IMG/VR virus record: IMGVR_UViG_3300010358_000007
Location: 1-40,030 of that record
Reading direction: 5' to 3' (one strand)
Length of the DNA: 40,030 bases
DNA from: a virus
Lineage: Duplodnaviria; Caudoviricetes
The notes beneath the pieces were generated by a model, which searched no databases, had not been told where the DNA came from, and saw only the letters and a program-made list of their open reading frames with translations. Shown here in pieces: positions 7,597-16,638 of the stretch; within the stretch, counting starts at the first letter, position 1; every line of letters begins with the position of its first letter. A program made the translations under genes and the position numbers.

Positions 7597-8523
7597 TTAC
7601 GGCTGGAGCTCGACGGGCGCGCTCACCTGCGCCGCCGGGGCGGCTGGCTTGCGGTGCTTGCGCCAGGACTTGCTGCACTTCTGGTGGTAGTCCTCGGAAA
7701 ACGACTTCTTTGGACCGCCGGCCAGCTTCTTGAGCGCCTCGGCGAGATCGCGGGACTCATCGTCGCGGTCGGGGTGGTTCTCGTTGAGGACTAAGGTCCA
7801 CCACGTCGTCGCGTCGGCCGCATCCTCGATCCAGTTCTCCAGCATGGAGGCGACGATGCCGGACTTCGCGAGGAAGTGGTGGTTGCGGGTATCCGTGAAC
7901 TGTGCCGCCCAGCGGATAAAGCGGCGCACGCCCTCGTGGTAGAGGAGCTGGCCGTGGAAGCGGCGGACCGGGATGTAGAGATGCTCGCCGGCGAACTCGA
8001 CGACGAACGGCGACTGGAGCTTCTTGAAGGCATGGGCCACACCGGCGAGGAGCTTGTGGATGAGTTGGAGATCGAGTCCGGCGAGGTCGGCGAAGGTGGC
8101 TCGGAACACGGAGAGCATGTCGACGTTCGAGCGGACGCTCATCGGGTTATTGAACATGTTGAACAGCTCGGTCGCGTCTTCGGCGACGGAGGTGAACTTC
8201 CACGTCGTGATCGACGCGATGAGGCCCTCGGGGAAGGCTGGGATGTCCGCCTGCTCCGGGTCCGTGCGATCGATGGTGAGGAGGTGGCGCAGGAGGGCGG
8301 TGGTGTGCTGGCCGTCGAGGCGGTAGCGCTGTCCGGTCTCCTCGTCGATGCCGACATGCCAGTCGACGCCATAGAACTCATCGGCGACGAGCAGGTGCTG
8401 GAGCTGGCGCAGCCGGGTGGGGTTGAGCGGGCGCTCGCCGGGGAGTGGGATCGCGCGCTCGAAGTCAGTCAGGGTGTCCGGCGTCAGCGGTTCGGCCCTG
8501 ACGTCCGTTTTCACAATAGCCAT
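7597..8523 (-). CDS. ParB/Srx-superfamily protein with a DGQH(R)-type motif
   Basis: ERPLNPTRLRQL...YRLDGQHT...ATELFNMFN matches the R...DGQHR...F..N pattern of DndB/DUF262-like domains; SD GAAGGA. Confidence 0.65.
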   Translation of the reverse strand: MAIVKTDVRAEPLTPDTLTDFERAIPLPGERPLNPTRLRQLQHLLVADEFYGVDWHVGIDEETGQRYRLDGQHTTALLRHLLTIDRTDPEQADIPAFPEGLIASITTWKFTSVAEDATELFNMFNNPMSVRSNVDMLSVFRATFADLAGLDLQLIHKLLAGVAHAFKKLQSPFVVEFAGEHLYIPVRRFHGQLLYHEGVRRFIRWAAQFTDTRNHHFLAKSGIVASMLENWIEDAADATTWWTLVLNENHPDRDDESRDLAEALKKLAGGPKKSFSEDYHQKCSKSWRKHRKPAAPAAQVSAPVELQP

Positions 8524-9574
8524 CGGATAATTCCTTCGTGCCGTCTTCTACTGACGGCGGGGGTGGCGATGCCGCGGGTGCCGAGGGCACGGGCATCGGT
8601 GGGAGGAGGTCGACCAAGCGGGCGAGTTCGTTCTCAACCCAGTTGAGATACTCGCGCTGGATCAACTTGTTGATGGACTGCACGTTCCAGTTCGATCGGA
8701 CGATGCGCTCGTGATTCTCCTTTCGTCGCCGTCGGAGCTCGGCGAGCACGACGGGCAAGGCCGCTGCGACCGTGACGGTTGGCAGCGACGGGGTAATCTT
8801 CCAGACCGCGATGGCGGCGCGGAGTTGGTGGTTGATGGTGAACCGGGTACCTGCCCCGGTGCGCTCGATCGTCAGCCAGTCGAGCAGCCGGGTGTAGCGG
8901 ATCAGGTCCTGCGCCCGAATCTTCGTGCGGTGGTGAATTTCGGCATCGCTGAAGAACGTGCCGTCCGCCGCCAACGCCTCGATGGTCGCGAGGACGTGCG
9001 TGTCGGCCAGTTCACGGCGGCTCTTGTGCGCCGCCACGTCGCGCTCCCGTTGCGCCCGGCGCGCGGCCCGGTACTGCCGCATGCGCTCGGCGTTGGTCGT
9101 CGGCTTTTCGGTCACGGAGGGTGTCTCCTTGAGCGCGATCCCGGCGACCGTGAGCGCGCCCCGCCGGGTCGGCACGCGGCCCGCCGTCGCCTCGCGCGCG
9201 ATCCACGCCCGGACCTGCGGGGCGGCGCGGCCGAGTTGACGGTTTCGCGACCGCTCCATCTTCTCGGCATCGGGGATCGAAGTAACACACTGTGTTACTT
9301 TGATTTCTTGACTCTTCTGATCGCCTCCCCGTCGTTCGCCTTCCTGCACCACGGCCTCCCCGCGTCGCACTTCCAGTTCGCGCTCCATCGCGGCGGCGAG
9401 TACCTTGATCTCGGTGACGGTTGGGATCGTGGCCTCGTACCAGGCGAGCCACGTTTCCGCGGTGAGGGTGTCACGTTCGTCGATGGCGTGGGCCGCGCGC
9501 AGCATGTCCAGCGCATCCCGGATCAGCCGCTGCTTGTCCGCCGCCCTGGTGGTCGGTTCGGGCTTCGGAGTCAT
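8465..9574 (-). CDS. Hypothetical DNA-binding protein with a GGDxKS motif
   Basis: 369 aa; ERELEVRRGE...GGDQKS segment resembles phage ParB/MTase-associated N-domains; possible HTH (FSDAEIHHRTKI). Confidence 0.7.
   Translation of the reverse strand: MTPKPEPTTRAADKQRLIRDALDMLRAAHAIDERDTLTAETWLAWYEATIPTVTEIKVLAAAMERELEVRRGEAVVQEGERRGGDQKSQEIKVTQCVTSIPDAEKMERSRNRQLGRAAPQVRAWIAREATAGRVPTRRGALTVAGIALKETPSVTEKPTTNAERMRQYRAARRAQRERDVAAHKSRRELADTHVLATIEALAADGTFFSDAEIHHRTKIRAQDLIRYTRLLDWLTIERTGAGTRFTINHQLRAAIAVWKITPSLPTVTVAAALPVVLAELRRRRKENHERIVRSNWNVQSINKLIQREYLNWVENELARLVDLLPPMPVPSAPAASPPPPSVEDGTKELSDGYCENGRQGRTADAGHPD
9280..9300. repeat. Perfect 21-bp palindrome AAGTAACACA-C-TGTGTTACTT
   Basis: 10-bp arms with a 1-nt spacer; AT-rich; lies inside the CDS just after the GGDQKS codons. 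Confidence 0.85.
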
Positions 9575-9594
9575 GATGGATGAGACGTGTCCGC

Positions 9595-9623
9595 ACTGTA
9601 CGATGGGTCTAGGATGCCGTCAA
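9595..9623 (-). promoter_or_regulatory. Sigma70-type promoter TTGACG-17-TACAGT
   Basis: Near-consensus hexamers with a 17-bp spacer, 20 nt upstream of ATG 9574. Confidence 0.75.
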
Positions 9624-9695
9624 GCCTTTTCAGGGTTGCGGGGGGGGGTAGCAGGTGGTGACACAGGGTCGGGGGATGGTACCGTCTCTGGCCTG

Positions 9696-9950
9696 ATGAC
9701 GGTCCTCGGCTGGATCACCATCTGTGCGGGGCTGGTGACGGTCCCGGTGGCGGGCGTGCCGCGGGCGCCGTACATGGCGTTCCCGACGGAGTCCGCATGT
9801 CTGGAGGCGAACAAGCAGGCGCAGGCGGTGGTACTGATGGTGCTCGCGAAGGTGGGGCGGACGAAGGAAGCGCGGGAGGGCCTGACATGCTGGTGTGAGC
9901 CGGTGGTGCCGGCGGGGGGGGACTTGCGGACGCCCGCGGGTTCCCGGTAG
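9696..9950 (+). CDS. Small exported/membrane protein with Cys motifs
   Basis: Hydrophobic N-terminus (VLGWITICAGLV); FPTESACLEA...LTCWCEPV. Confidence 0.5.
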   Translation: MTVLGWITICAGLVTVPVAGVPRAPYMAFPTESACLEANKQAQAVVLMVLAKVGRTKEAREGLTCWCEPVVPAGGDLRTPAGSR

Positions 9951-10036
9951 AGTTCAGTCTGTCGGTTCGGTTCCTGTCTTCGGCAGGATCGGATGTACGC
10001 CCCCGAGGGTCGCCGCCTTCGGGGGCGTTTCTCGTT

Positions 10037-10252
10037 TCAGTGCAGGCGTTCCCGGTCGATCTCCTGCTGCAGGCGGGCGATCTCGCGCTCGATGATCGGG
10101 CCGGCGGCGGCGACGGTGCGCTGCGCTTCGCGGAGCGCGCGTTCCTCGGCGCGGCGGGCGCGGCGGGTGTGGCGGTGCACCCACCAGGACGTCAGCCAGC
10201 CGGCGGACCAGCCGATCGTGGCGCCGATGCCGACCTCTACGAGCGGGCTCAT
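10037..10252 (-). CDS. N-terminal TM plus coiled-coil protein
   Basis: VGIGATIGWSAGWLTSWW followed by a charged helix; ATGA-coupled. Confidence 0.6.
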   Translation of the reverse strand: MSPLVEVGIGATIGWSAGWLTSWWVHRHTRRARRAEERALREAQRTVAAAGPIIEREIARLQQEIDRERLH

Positions 10253-10482
10253 GCGCCCGGTCCCAGGAGGAGCGCGGCGGTCAAGCGGGAGACGGCGGCG
10301 CGCAACTCGTCGGCGCCGCAGGCGCAATCCTGCGCTTCGCTGATGTGCGCGGGGCAGCGCTCGTCGTGGTTGTGCGTGGGGAACCAGCCGGTCAAGGGAT
10401 CGCCGCAGCGCTCGTAGGCGGTGACGAGCCGGGCGCAGATGCCTTCGAGCGTATCGAGGTATGGTCGGTGCGTCGGTTCCAT
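10249..10482 (-). CDS. Hypothetical protein (H..RC......CACG metal-binding motif)
   Basis: SD GGGAGG; HDERCPAH...CACGADEL. Confidence 0.65.
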   Translation of the reverse strand: MEPTHRPYLDTLEGICARLVTAYERCGDPLTGWFPTHNHDERCPAHISEAQDCACGADELRAAVSRLTAALLLGPGA

Positions 10483-10561
10483 CGGCAGTCCCTCCCTACC
10501 CCCGGGGGGGTAGCACGGACCCCCTAGGCAACGCGAGGGGGTTCTGCTAGGTGGCGACCTC

Positions 10562-10753
10562 GTGAGTGCGTGGCAGCATGTGCTCTGCGGGCGCTGTTAT
10601 GAGGCGCGTTACCCGGGCCGCGAGCCGCATCTGGTGCGGGGCGCCGATCCGGAGACCTGCTGCCGCTGCGGCGACGTGGCCGACCCGCCAGTCTATTTCC
10701 GGGGCGACCCGAGTGAGTTTCCGTGTGGAGGGGAACATGCTATCAGTGAGTGA
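10562..10753 (+). CDS. Small Zn-finger-like protein
   Basis: LCGRCY...CCRCG; GTG start with AGGTGG upstream. Confidence 0.55.
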   Translation: MSAWQHVLCGRCYEARYPGREPHLVRGADPETCCRCGDVADPPVYFRGDPSEFPCGGEHAISE

Positions 10754-10979
10754 GAAGCAGCGCAGGTTCATGGGCGCAGAACTCGGCCGCAAGCGGGCGG
10801 GGCAGCAGACGGACACGGGCATGACGGAGTCGCAGTTGGAGGACTTCGCGAAGAAGCCGAAGTCGCGACCGCTACCGATGCGGAAGGGACCGCCGCCGAA
10901 GTCGCGGGCGCCCTTGTCGGCGCGGAACCCGACACCCGGCCCGGATCGCAATCCCGATAAGGAGCCGTGGGAGCACTGA
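10737..10979 (+). CDS. Small basic protein, DUF3008-like
   Basis: SEKQRRFMGAEL...MTESQLEDFA pattern; SD GGAGGGG. Confidence 0.6.
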   Translation: MLSVSEKQRRFMGAELGRKRAGQQTDTGMTESQLEDFAKKPKSRPLPMRKGPPPKSRAPLSARNPTPGPDRNPDKEPWEH

Positions 10980-11299
10980 CGGCGCGCGGGGAACCGAACG
11001 ACACGCGGCGAGCGGCGGTGCGGAAGCTCTACCTGATTCCCGTTGCCGGCAGGAGCATGGACCGGCGCGTGTGTCCCGTCTGTCAGCGGCGGATGCCCCC
11101 GGCGCTGCGGGGCGCGTGGGGCCGGGACGCGGACCGGAGCCGGCGGCGCCCGAAGGGCTGGGATCGGCGGGCGCGGGCGTACCATCACCCGAACCCGTAT
11201 CGCAGTGCGCTCGTCGTCTGGCGGTGCAAGCGCCACGCGACGGTGGCGACGGTGCCGTTCACGCCGAAGGCAGGGCTGGGTGGTGGTGTATATCGCTGA
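10967..11299 (+). CDS. Hypothetical basic protein (CPVC...C..H); start uncertain
   Basis: Fills the gap between two + genes; Zn-ribbon-like residues. Confidence 0.4.
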   Translation: MGALTARGEPNDTRRAAVRKLYLIPVAGRSMDRRVCPVCQRRMPPALRGAWGRDADRSRRRPKGWDRRARAYHHPNPYRSALVVWRCKRHATVATVPFTPKAGLGGGVYR

Positions 11300-11315
11300 G
11301 GGAGGGCCAACGGAC

Positions 11316-11708
11316 ATGGCGATCCTGTACGCGCTGGAGGAGCAAGAACCCTACTGGTCTGAGTGGCTGGTCGAGCAGCCGTCGACGATTCGGGCGCTGA
11401 TCGCGCGCTACCCGCCAAACCGCCTCTACCGGATGGCGGACGGCCAGCGCGTCACGATCGTGGGGTACCGCGACGACGGCACGGTGACGGTCGACGTCTC
11501 GGGCGAGTTCAATCTGGTGACGTTCGAGCGCTGTGTTGTCGGCGTCAATCCGGCGAAACTGGTCGAGTGCGATCTGCCCGACGCGGACGAACTCGTCGGG
11601 ACGCTCCTGATGGAGCGTGCGGAGATCGACCTCTACCTGGCGTTCCTGCGGGACCTGCGGGGCCAGAAGGGTCGGCGCGGGTCCCGGGGGCACCCGACCG
11701 TACACTGA
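11316..11708 (+). CDS. Hypothetical protein
   Basis: SD GGGAGG; globular composition (YPPNRLYRM...VTIVGYRDDGTVTVDV). Confidence 0.7.
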   Translation: MAILYALEEQEPYWSEWLVEQPSTIRALIARYPPNRLYRMADGQRVTIVGYRDDGTVTVDVSGEFNLVTFERCVVGVNPAKLVECDLPDADELVGTLLMERAEIDLYLAFLRDLRGQKGRRGSRGHPTVH

Positions 11709-11809
11709 GGACGTAGCGGGCCGCAGACAGCATGGCTGTCCTCCTTCGTCAGGGCCATGTTCCCACCCCCGCCTGCTGCAGCCGAAGCGAGTGCGGATAG
11801 GCTGCGGCG

Positions 11810-12109
11810 CTATAACTGCTCGTCGCTGAATGCCGTGCGGGTGTAGTCCTCGCCGGCTTCCATCGCCCGGCGCACCCGGTCGGGATCGACAATCGCTTCC
11901 ACTTGCCGGAGGCCGCGCAGCCAGCCTTGGCGGTAGGCGAACGCGGAGAGATCGCTGCCATCGGCGACGGGGAACGTCGAGAGCTTCTTTAGGAGTTCGT
12001 CTTCGACCAGCGCCGCTGCGCCGCGGACGAGTGCCCGGATGACGTCCAGATCGCCGGACTGCGCCATGCGCCGCAGCGCCTGCTCCACATAGCTCGTCGT
12101 GAGTGCCAT
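11810..12109 (-). CDS. Hypothetical helical protein, last gene of the packaging operon
   Basis: SD GGAGGA; AYRQGWLRGLRQV resembles small portal-adjacent proteins of podoviruses. Confidence 0.65.
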   Translation of the reverse strand: MALTTSYVEQALRRMAQSGDLDVIRALVRGAAALVEDELLKKLSTFPVADGSDLSAFAYRQGWLRGLRQVEAIVDPDRVRRAMEAGEDYTRTAFSDEQL

Positions 12110-12112
12110 CTC

Positions 12113-12646
12113 CTATCCTCCGAGGCAGTAGACGGTGACGGTGACGGTGAGTTCGCTCCCAGGACTGAAGCGGGCGGTCGCCGCGACTTGCGCCGTCCAC
12201 CCCGTCGTGGTCGGTCCGTCGTCTTGGACATGCATGTGGGCCGCGTCGATCGGATTCGAGGGGATGGCGCGGACGCCGCCGCCGATTACCTGCTCGTCCG
12301 GGTGGCAGTCCGCCGTGACGACGATCGGCTCGTTCACGGTCGGACGCGGCACCGTCACCCCGTCGCTGCGCGCCGTCACCGTGGCGCCGCTTGCCGTCCC
12401 GGTCGGGCCGGTCGGTCCCGGCGGTCCGGGGATGCCCGGTGCGCCGGGGATGCCGGGTGTGCCAGGGATGCCGGGCGTGCCGGCGGGTCCCGTGGCGCCG
12501 CTCGGACCGATCGGTCCCGTCGCGCCGGTCGGTCCCGGCGGTCCCGGCAGCTTGCAGACCTTCCGGCAGAGCGCCTTCTCGGACGGGACGGTGGTGAGTG
12601 GGGCGCGCGCGCTCGCGAGCATGATGCCGAGGACAAGCGCCAGCAT
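12113..12646 (-). CDS. Secreted collagen-like protein
   Basis: Signal peptide [15 protein letters not shown]; CRKVC; 17 Gly-X-Y triplets; C-terminal beta domain VTADC...VIGGG...GW...VYC. Confidence 0.8.
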   Translation of the reverse strand: MLALVLGIMLASARAPLTTVPSEKALCRKVCKLPGPPGPTGATGPIGPSGATGPAGTPGIPGTPGIPGAPGIPGPPGPTGPTGTASGATVTARSDGVTVPRPTVNEPIVVTADCHPDEQVIGGGVRAIPSNPIDAAHMHVQDDGPTTTGWTAQVAATARFSPGSELTVTVTVYCLGG

Positions 12647-13860
12647 CAGAACGTCGCTCCGAGGCCGAAGGTCGGGATGACGCCGACCGGGCGGACGCCG
12701 ACGTCGCTATTCAGCGCGTAGATGCCGTTTGCGAACAGCACCAGATTTTTCCATACGCGCGCGCGAATCCCGAAGGACAAGTTGAACTGATCGAGGCGCC
12801 CTGACCAGCCGACGCCGAGGAGCGGGTCGGGTGCCACGCCGCTCGGGGTCAGCACTAGGACATCCGTGTCGTGCGGGGCGAAGGCGGTATCGAGTTGGCT
12901 CGTGCCTAAGAACTCCACGATGCCGGCGACCCGTTTCGGCCACAGCACGACGGACGCGGCGGCGCCATAGAGGGCTTGGGACTGGACGCCGCGCGTGATG
13001 TTGAAGTGGAGATCGGCGTGCGCGTCGAGCTCGGCCTGTCCGTTCCAGAGGAGCCGCGAGACGGTGAAGCCGGGCGTGATCCAGTAGGCGCCCGTGCCGT
13101 GCAAGTCGAACTGATCGCCAGTCGGAAACTGGCCTTCGAGTGAGAGCGCGACGCGCCACGGACGCGGGACGGGCACGCGGTATTTTGCCCGCACGGTGAT
13201 GTCTCCGATGCCCGTCGACTGGATGGTGGGGATGGTGCCGCCGATCGTCGGGGCATGCCGGACGGGCATGAAGGTGCTTCCCTGCGGGCCGGTCGCCGCG
13301 ACGACGCGTGCCGTGACGGCGCCATCGAGCCGCGTAGAGATCACCGGGAGGACGACGGAGAGATCGAAGGCATCGGTGATGCCGTGGCTGATGGCGATGG
13401 CGGTCGCCCACACGGCCAAATCGAGATGATAGGCGAGGCGCAATCCGAGAAACGCGGGCGCGTTCGGATTGCCCGTCCGGGTGCGTTCGGCGAGAACAGG
13501 AAAAACGCTGCCGAGTTGATTGAACGGCTGCCCGAAGAGATTCACGTCCGCGAACGATCGCTGACTGATGACGTTGACGTTCGTCACGCCAGCGCCCAGC
13601 GTCTCGGCGTGGTCGAGGAAGATCGGTCCCAGCATGGACATGGTGGAATCGATCGCCGTCCCGCCGGAGAGTGCGGCGCTCGTCGGGGACGTGAGCGTCG
13701 GGGCGGTGACGAGGGTCCCGAGATGGGCGGCAAAGTGCGTGAAGGCGGGTGCGGGCCGGAGATGGACCTGTTCCTGCGCGTCGCCGAGCACTCCCTCGAT
13801 CGTGCGTGCGTCGCTCACCGCGGCGAGGCTCACCAGCGAGAGCACGATGGCGAGCCGCAC
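12646..13860 (-). CDS. Outer-membrane beta-barrel protein (MetA-pathway/'transporter'-like family)
   Basis: Signal peptide; [11 protein letters not shown] and FPTGD...GTG motifs; alternating amphipathic strands; C-terminal Phe (TFGLGATF), a BAM signal. Confidence 0.75.
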   Translation of the reverse strand: MRLAIVLSLVSLAAVSDARTIEGVLGDAQEQVHLRPAPAFTHFAAHLGTLVTAPTLTSPTSAALSGGTAIDSTMSMLGPIFLDHAETLGAGVTNVNVISQRSFADVNLFGQPFNQLGSVFPVLAERTRTGNPNAPAFLGLRLAYHLDLAVWATAIAISHGITDAFDLSVVLPVISTRLDGAVTARVVAATGPQGSTFMPVRHAPTIGGTIPTIQSTGIGDITVRAKYRVPVPRPWRVALSLEGQFPTGDQFDLHGTGAYWITPGFTVSRLLWNGQAELDAHADLHFNITRGVQSQALYGAAASVVLWPKRVAGIVEFLGTSQLDTAFAPHDTDVLVLTPSGVAPDPLLGVGWSGRLDQFNLSFGIRARVWKNLVLFANGIYALNSDVGVRPVGVIPTFGLGATF

Positions 13861-13865
13861 ACTGC

Positions 13866-13982
13866 TTAGTCCTTCGGTGCGAGCACGCGGCTACAGACGG
13901 GGCAGACGAGCGTGCCGTCGCGGATGACGCCACGCGGATAGATGCGGCACCAGAACCAATGCCACCACCATTGAAGCGCCAT
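13866..13982 (-). CDS. 38-aa Trp/Cys-rich microprotein MALQWWWHWFWCRIYPRGVIRDGTLVCPVCSRVLAPKD
   Basis: Not in the ORF track; fills the gap between flanking genes; H...C...CPVC. Confidence 0.5.
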   Translation of the reverse strand: MALQWWWHWFWCRIYPRGVIRDGTLVCPVCSRVLAPKD

Positions 13983-13989
13983 CAGTTCG

Positions 13990-14229
13990 TCAGGTCCGTT
14001 GCGGCAGGCTGTGGAGAATTCCTAGCCACCGGTCGACGTTCTGCTGCTCGTCCAACTCCATAGGTGATCGACCGCGGATAATGCGCTCCATGCGTGGATC
14101 GACTGGCTGGATCACGGACGCATCGAAACCACCCGGCGTCACATCCTGATCCCCACGGGGATTCCGTAGTCCCCACTCACTGGCAAGAAGAACGCGGGCG
14201 AGTTGGGACAAACCGTCGTCGGTGGGCAT
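13990..14229 (-). CDS. Hypothetical protein
   Basis: SD AGGAGA; co-oriented in the operon. Confidence 0.55.
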   Translation of the reverse strand: MPTDDGLSQLARVLLASEWGLRNPRGDQDVTPGGFDASVIQPVDPRMERIIRGRSPMELDEQQNVDRWLGILHSLPQRT

Positions 14230-14251
14230 GAGATCATTCTCCTACATTGCA

Positions 14252-14587
14252 TCACTCGAATTGCTTGTGTCGGTGGAGTGCGCCGGCCACGGCATCGTCG
14301 GGGGTTTCGAAGCTCGGTAGTTGGACGCCGTGCGCCTGCAGGAAGGCGGCGAAGTCGATGGCACGCTGCTGCTGCTCGTCGGTGATCGGACTGCCCGCGA
14401 GGATCGCTTCCGTGCCGATCTGTCCGGGGACCAGGGAGGGGATGTTTGTCCAGCGTCCGACGTCGGTCGGATGCGGAACGGTGATGTTGAGTTCGGTCGA
14501 GTAGCCGCCGTCCGGTTGCGCTTGGCGTCCGAGATAGCCGCTGGCGGGGAGTTCGGGGACCGGACGGTGATAGTAGCGGCGTGGCAT
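14252..14587 (-). CDS. Hypothetical protein downstream of portal
   Basis: TGATG coupling with the portal stop; DGGYSTELNITV...WTNIPSLV. Confidence 0.65.
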   Translation of the reverse strand: MPRRYYHRPVPELPASGYLGRQAQPDGGYSTELNITVPHPTDVGRWTNIPSLVPGQIGTEAILAGSPITDEQQQRAIDFAAFLQAHGVQLPSFETPDDAVAGALHRHKQFE

Positions 14588-16617
14588 CACATCCCCGTGC
14601 TGGCGCCGTTCCCCGCCATCGGATTCATCTGCATGGGGAAGCCGTCCGACGTCGTGGTCGGCTCGATGCCGGGCGGACGCGCGGGGACGAGGTTCCCCTG
14701 CTGCGTCTGGTTCTGCACTTGCTGGTCCGGCATCACTTGGACCTGGGGCATCGGGACGCCGGGCGCCATGTAGTCCTGCAGGTTCCGGATGCCCATCGTC
14801 TGCAGGAAGCGAGCGAACAGCGCGACCCAGTTGACCATCTGCAGCGCCGGGGTGGCGAGGCCGGTCTGCATGCCCGTCTGGAAGAGTTCCCGGAAGACTT
14901 GCTGCTCGGCCATCTTGTCGGTCGGGATGCCGGACTCCAGGATCGGGAACGTGAACGAGCCTTGGAGGAGATGCGGATCGATCTGTGCCGACTGCTGTCC
15001 CAAGATCGACGCGAGCGCCTGCTGCACGCGGATGTTGATGGACGACGTCATGAAGACTTGGGTGTTGCGCGACATCTGGAGCGCCCAGGGCCGCAGCCCT
15101 TGGCAGACGATCAACTCGGCGAGCATCTTCATGCGGCCCGACGAGAGTTGCAGTTGCCCTTGCACCTCCGTCGCTGCGCGCCGGCCCGTGTTCGACAGCC
15201 CCATCAGCAGGCGGGACGCCCCCGTCACCTCTTCGCCGATCTCCCGGATGACCTGGCTGTCCTGGTGATGGGACGCCGTGACGTCCACGACGGGCAACGG
15301 AAAAACGGCCTTGTCGATCGACTGCGAGTTCTGCGCGGCGCGCGTCAACCGCAAGAGCTTCCCGGGTTTTGGGTCGAGGAGATCGGCTTCCTCGATCATC
15401 GAGGGATCGACCACCAGTTCGTTGTTGAGCGTTTTGCGGACTGCCATCATCCGCGAGTTGAACAGCCAGGAGAGGTGATACTGCAGCCCGCGGGTCGTCT
15501 CGATGATGCCGACGTTCGACGGCGAGTAGACGTCGTAGTTCGGCTCGATGATCTCGAACGGAAACCGCCGGCCCGGGAGGTTCGCCGGTTCCGCCCGGAT
15601 GCAGCGGGCGCGGTTCGCCAAGGTGAACACCCACAAGCGCGGTGCCATCGACATCGTGGGCGGCGCGAACTGCTTCAGGGTCAACTTCTCCATCTGGTCC
15701 GGCGTGATCCAGCACCAGCCCTCATCGAGGCGGATGTAGTTCTTTTCCTGTTCGGTCCGCCGGTTGTCCTCGCCGTAGGGGTAGTCCATGCCGACGAGCC
15801 GGGGGATGGACGAGTTCTCTTCAAAGCCCCCTGTGTAGCGGCCGTCGCTGCTGCGGTCGCCGCCCATGCCGAGGCCACGGGGAATCTGCTTCACGCCGAC
15901 GTAGACGCCTTCCTGTTCCCGGACCAGCATTTCCGTCCACGACCGCCGGGTCTGGTGGAAGACGAACTCGCCGCGCTGGAACTCGGACATCGGGCGCCCG
16001 GGGTCGGGATACCAGTCGAACGGCGAGACGTTCAGCGCCTCGTTCCCTTCGTAGGCGGTGACGTCCTCTTCCTGCAGTTGGTCGACTTGCTGCCCGGTGA
16101 GCGGATCAACCGAGAAGGTGCGGACCAAATCCACCCACTCCCGGACGGTGTAGAGGTTCTTGATGACCCCGACCCCGTAGCGCCACGCGTCGAGCAGCCA
16201 CTGAAACAGGATGAGCGTGCCGGGTGGGTTCATGTTCTCCATCTGGTAGTGCAGCACCGACTCCATGTACCCGGCTGGGGTGACGTCCCACGGGCCGTCC
16301 CCGCGCACCGGGATGATCGGGGTCCGCTCGCAGAGGATCGACATGAAGAACGCGAGGATCGACTGCATCGTCGCGTAGCTGTACGGGACGACAATCTTCT
16401 CGACGCCTTGGGTGAGCGTGTCCTTCCGCGTCTTCGTGTCCTGCTCGTCCGGAACCCGATAGGCGCGGTAGAGCTCTTCCGATTCCCGCCAGCGGGAATG
16501 CCGCTTGCCCCAATGGTCCTCGGCGGCGTCGATCCGGCGGCGCAGGAACGGAGTCAGCTTCTGCTGCAGCGGGCTTTGCCCGTCGAGCAGCGCCTGGCGC
16601 ATCTCCTGGGTCATCAT
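14587..16617 (-). CDS. Portal protein (P22/podovirus-type)
   Basis: 676 aa directly after terL; YGVGVIK, VSPFDWYPDP, EEVTGAS...GRRAATEV motifs; Gln/Pro-rich C-tail. Confidence 0.85.
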   Translation of the reverse strand: MMTQEMRQALLDGQSPLQQKLTPFLRRRIDAAEDHWGKRHSRWRESEELYRAYRVPDEQDTKTRKDTLTQGVEKIVVPYSYATMQSILAFFMSILCERTPIIPVRGDGPWDVTPAGYMESVLHYQMENMNPPGTLILFQWLLDAWRYGVGVIKNLYTVREWVDLVRTFSVDPLTGQQVDQLQEEDVTAYEGNEALNVSPFDWYPDPGRPMSEFQRGEFVFHQTRRSWTEMLVREQEGVYVGVKQIPRGLGMGGDRSSDGRYTGGFEENSSIPRLVGMDYPYGEDNRRTEQEKNYIRLDEGWCWITPDQMEKLTLKQFAPPTMSMAPRLWVFTLANRARCIRAEPANLPGRRFPFEIIEPNYDVYSPSNVGIIETTRGLQYHLSWLFNSRMMAVRKTLNNELVVDPSMIEEADLLDPKPGKLLRLTRAAQNSQSIDKAVFPLPVVDVTASHHQDSQVIREIGEEVTGASRLLMGLSNTGRRAATEVQGQLQLSSGRMKMLAELIVCQGLRPWALQMSRNTQVFMTSSINIRVQQALASILGQQSAQIDPHLLQGSFTFPILESGIPTDKMAEQQVFRELFQTGMQTGLATPALQMVNWVALFARFLQTMGIRNLQDYMAPGVPMPQVQVMPDQQVQNQTQQGNLVPARPPGIEPTTTSDGFPMQMNPMAGNGASTGM

Positions 16618-16638
16618 GGGCGCTGCCCTCCCCCGGCC

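Noticed and set aside
10037-10252. TM plus coiled-coil ORF as an i-spanin
   Set aside because: Far from the lysis genes and no partner lipoprotein with a lipobox was identified.
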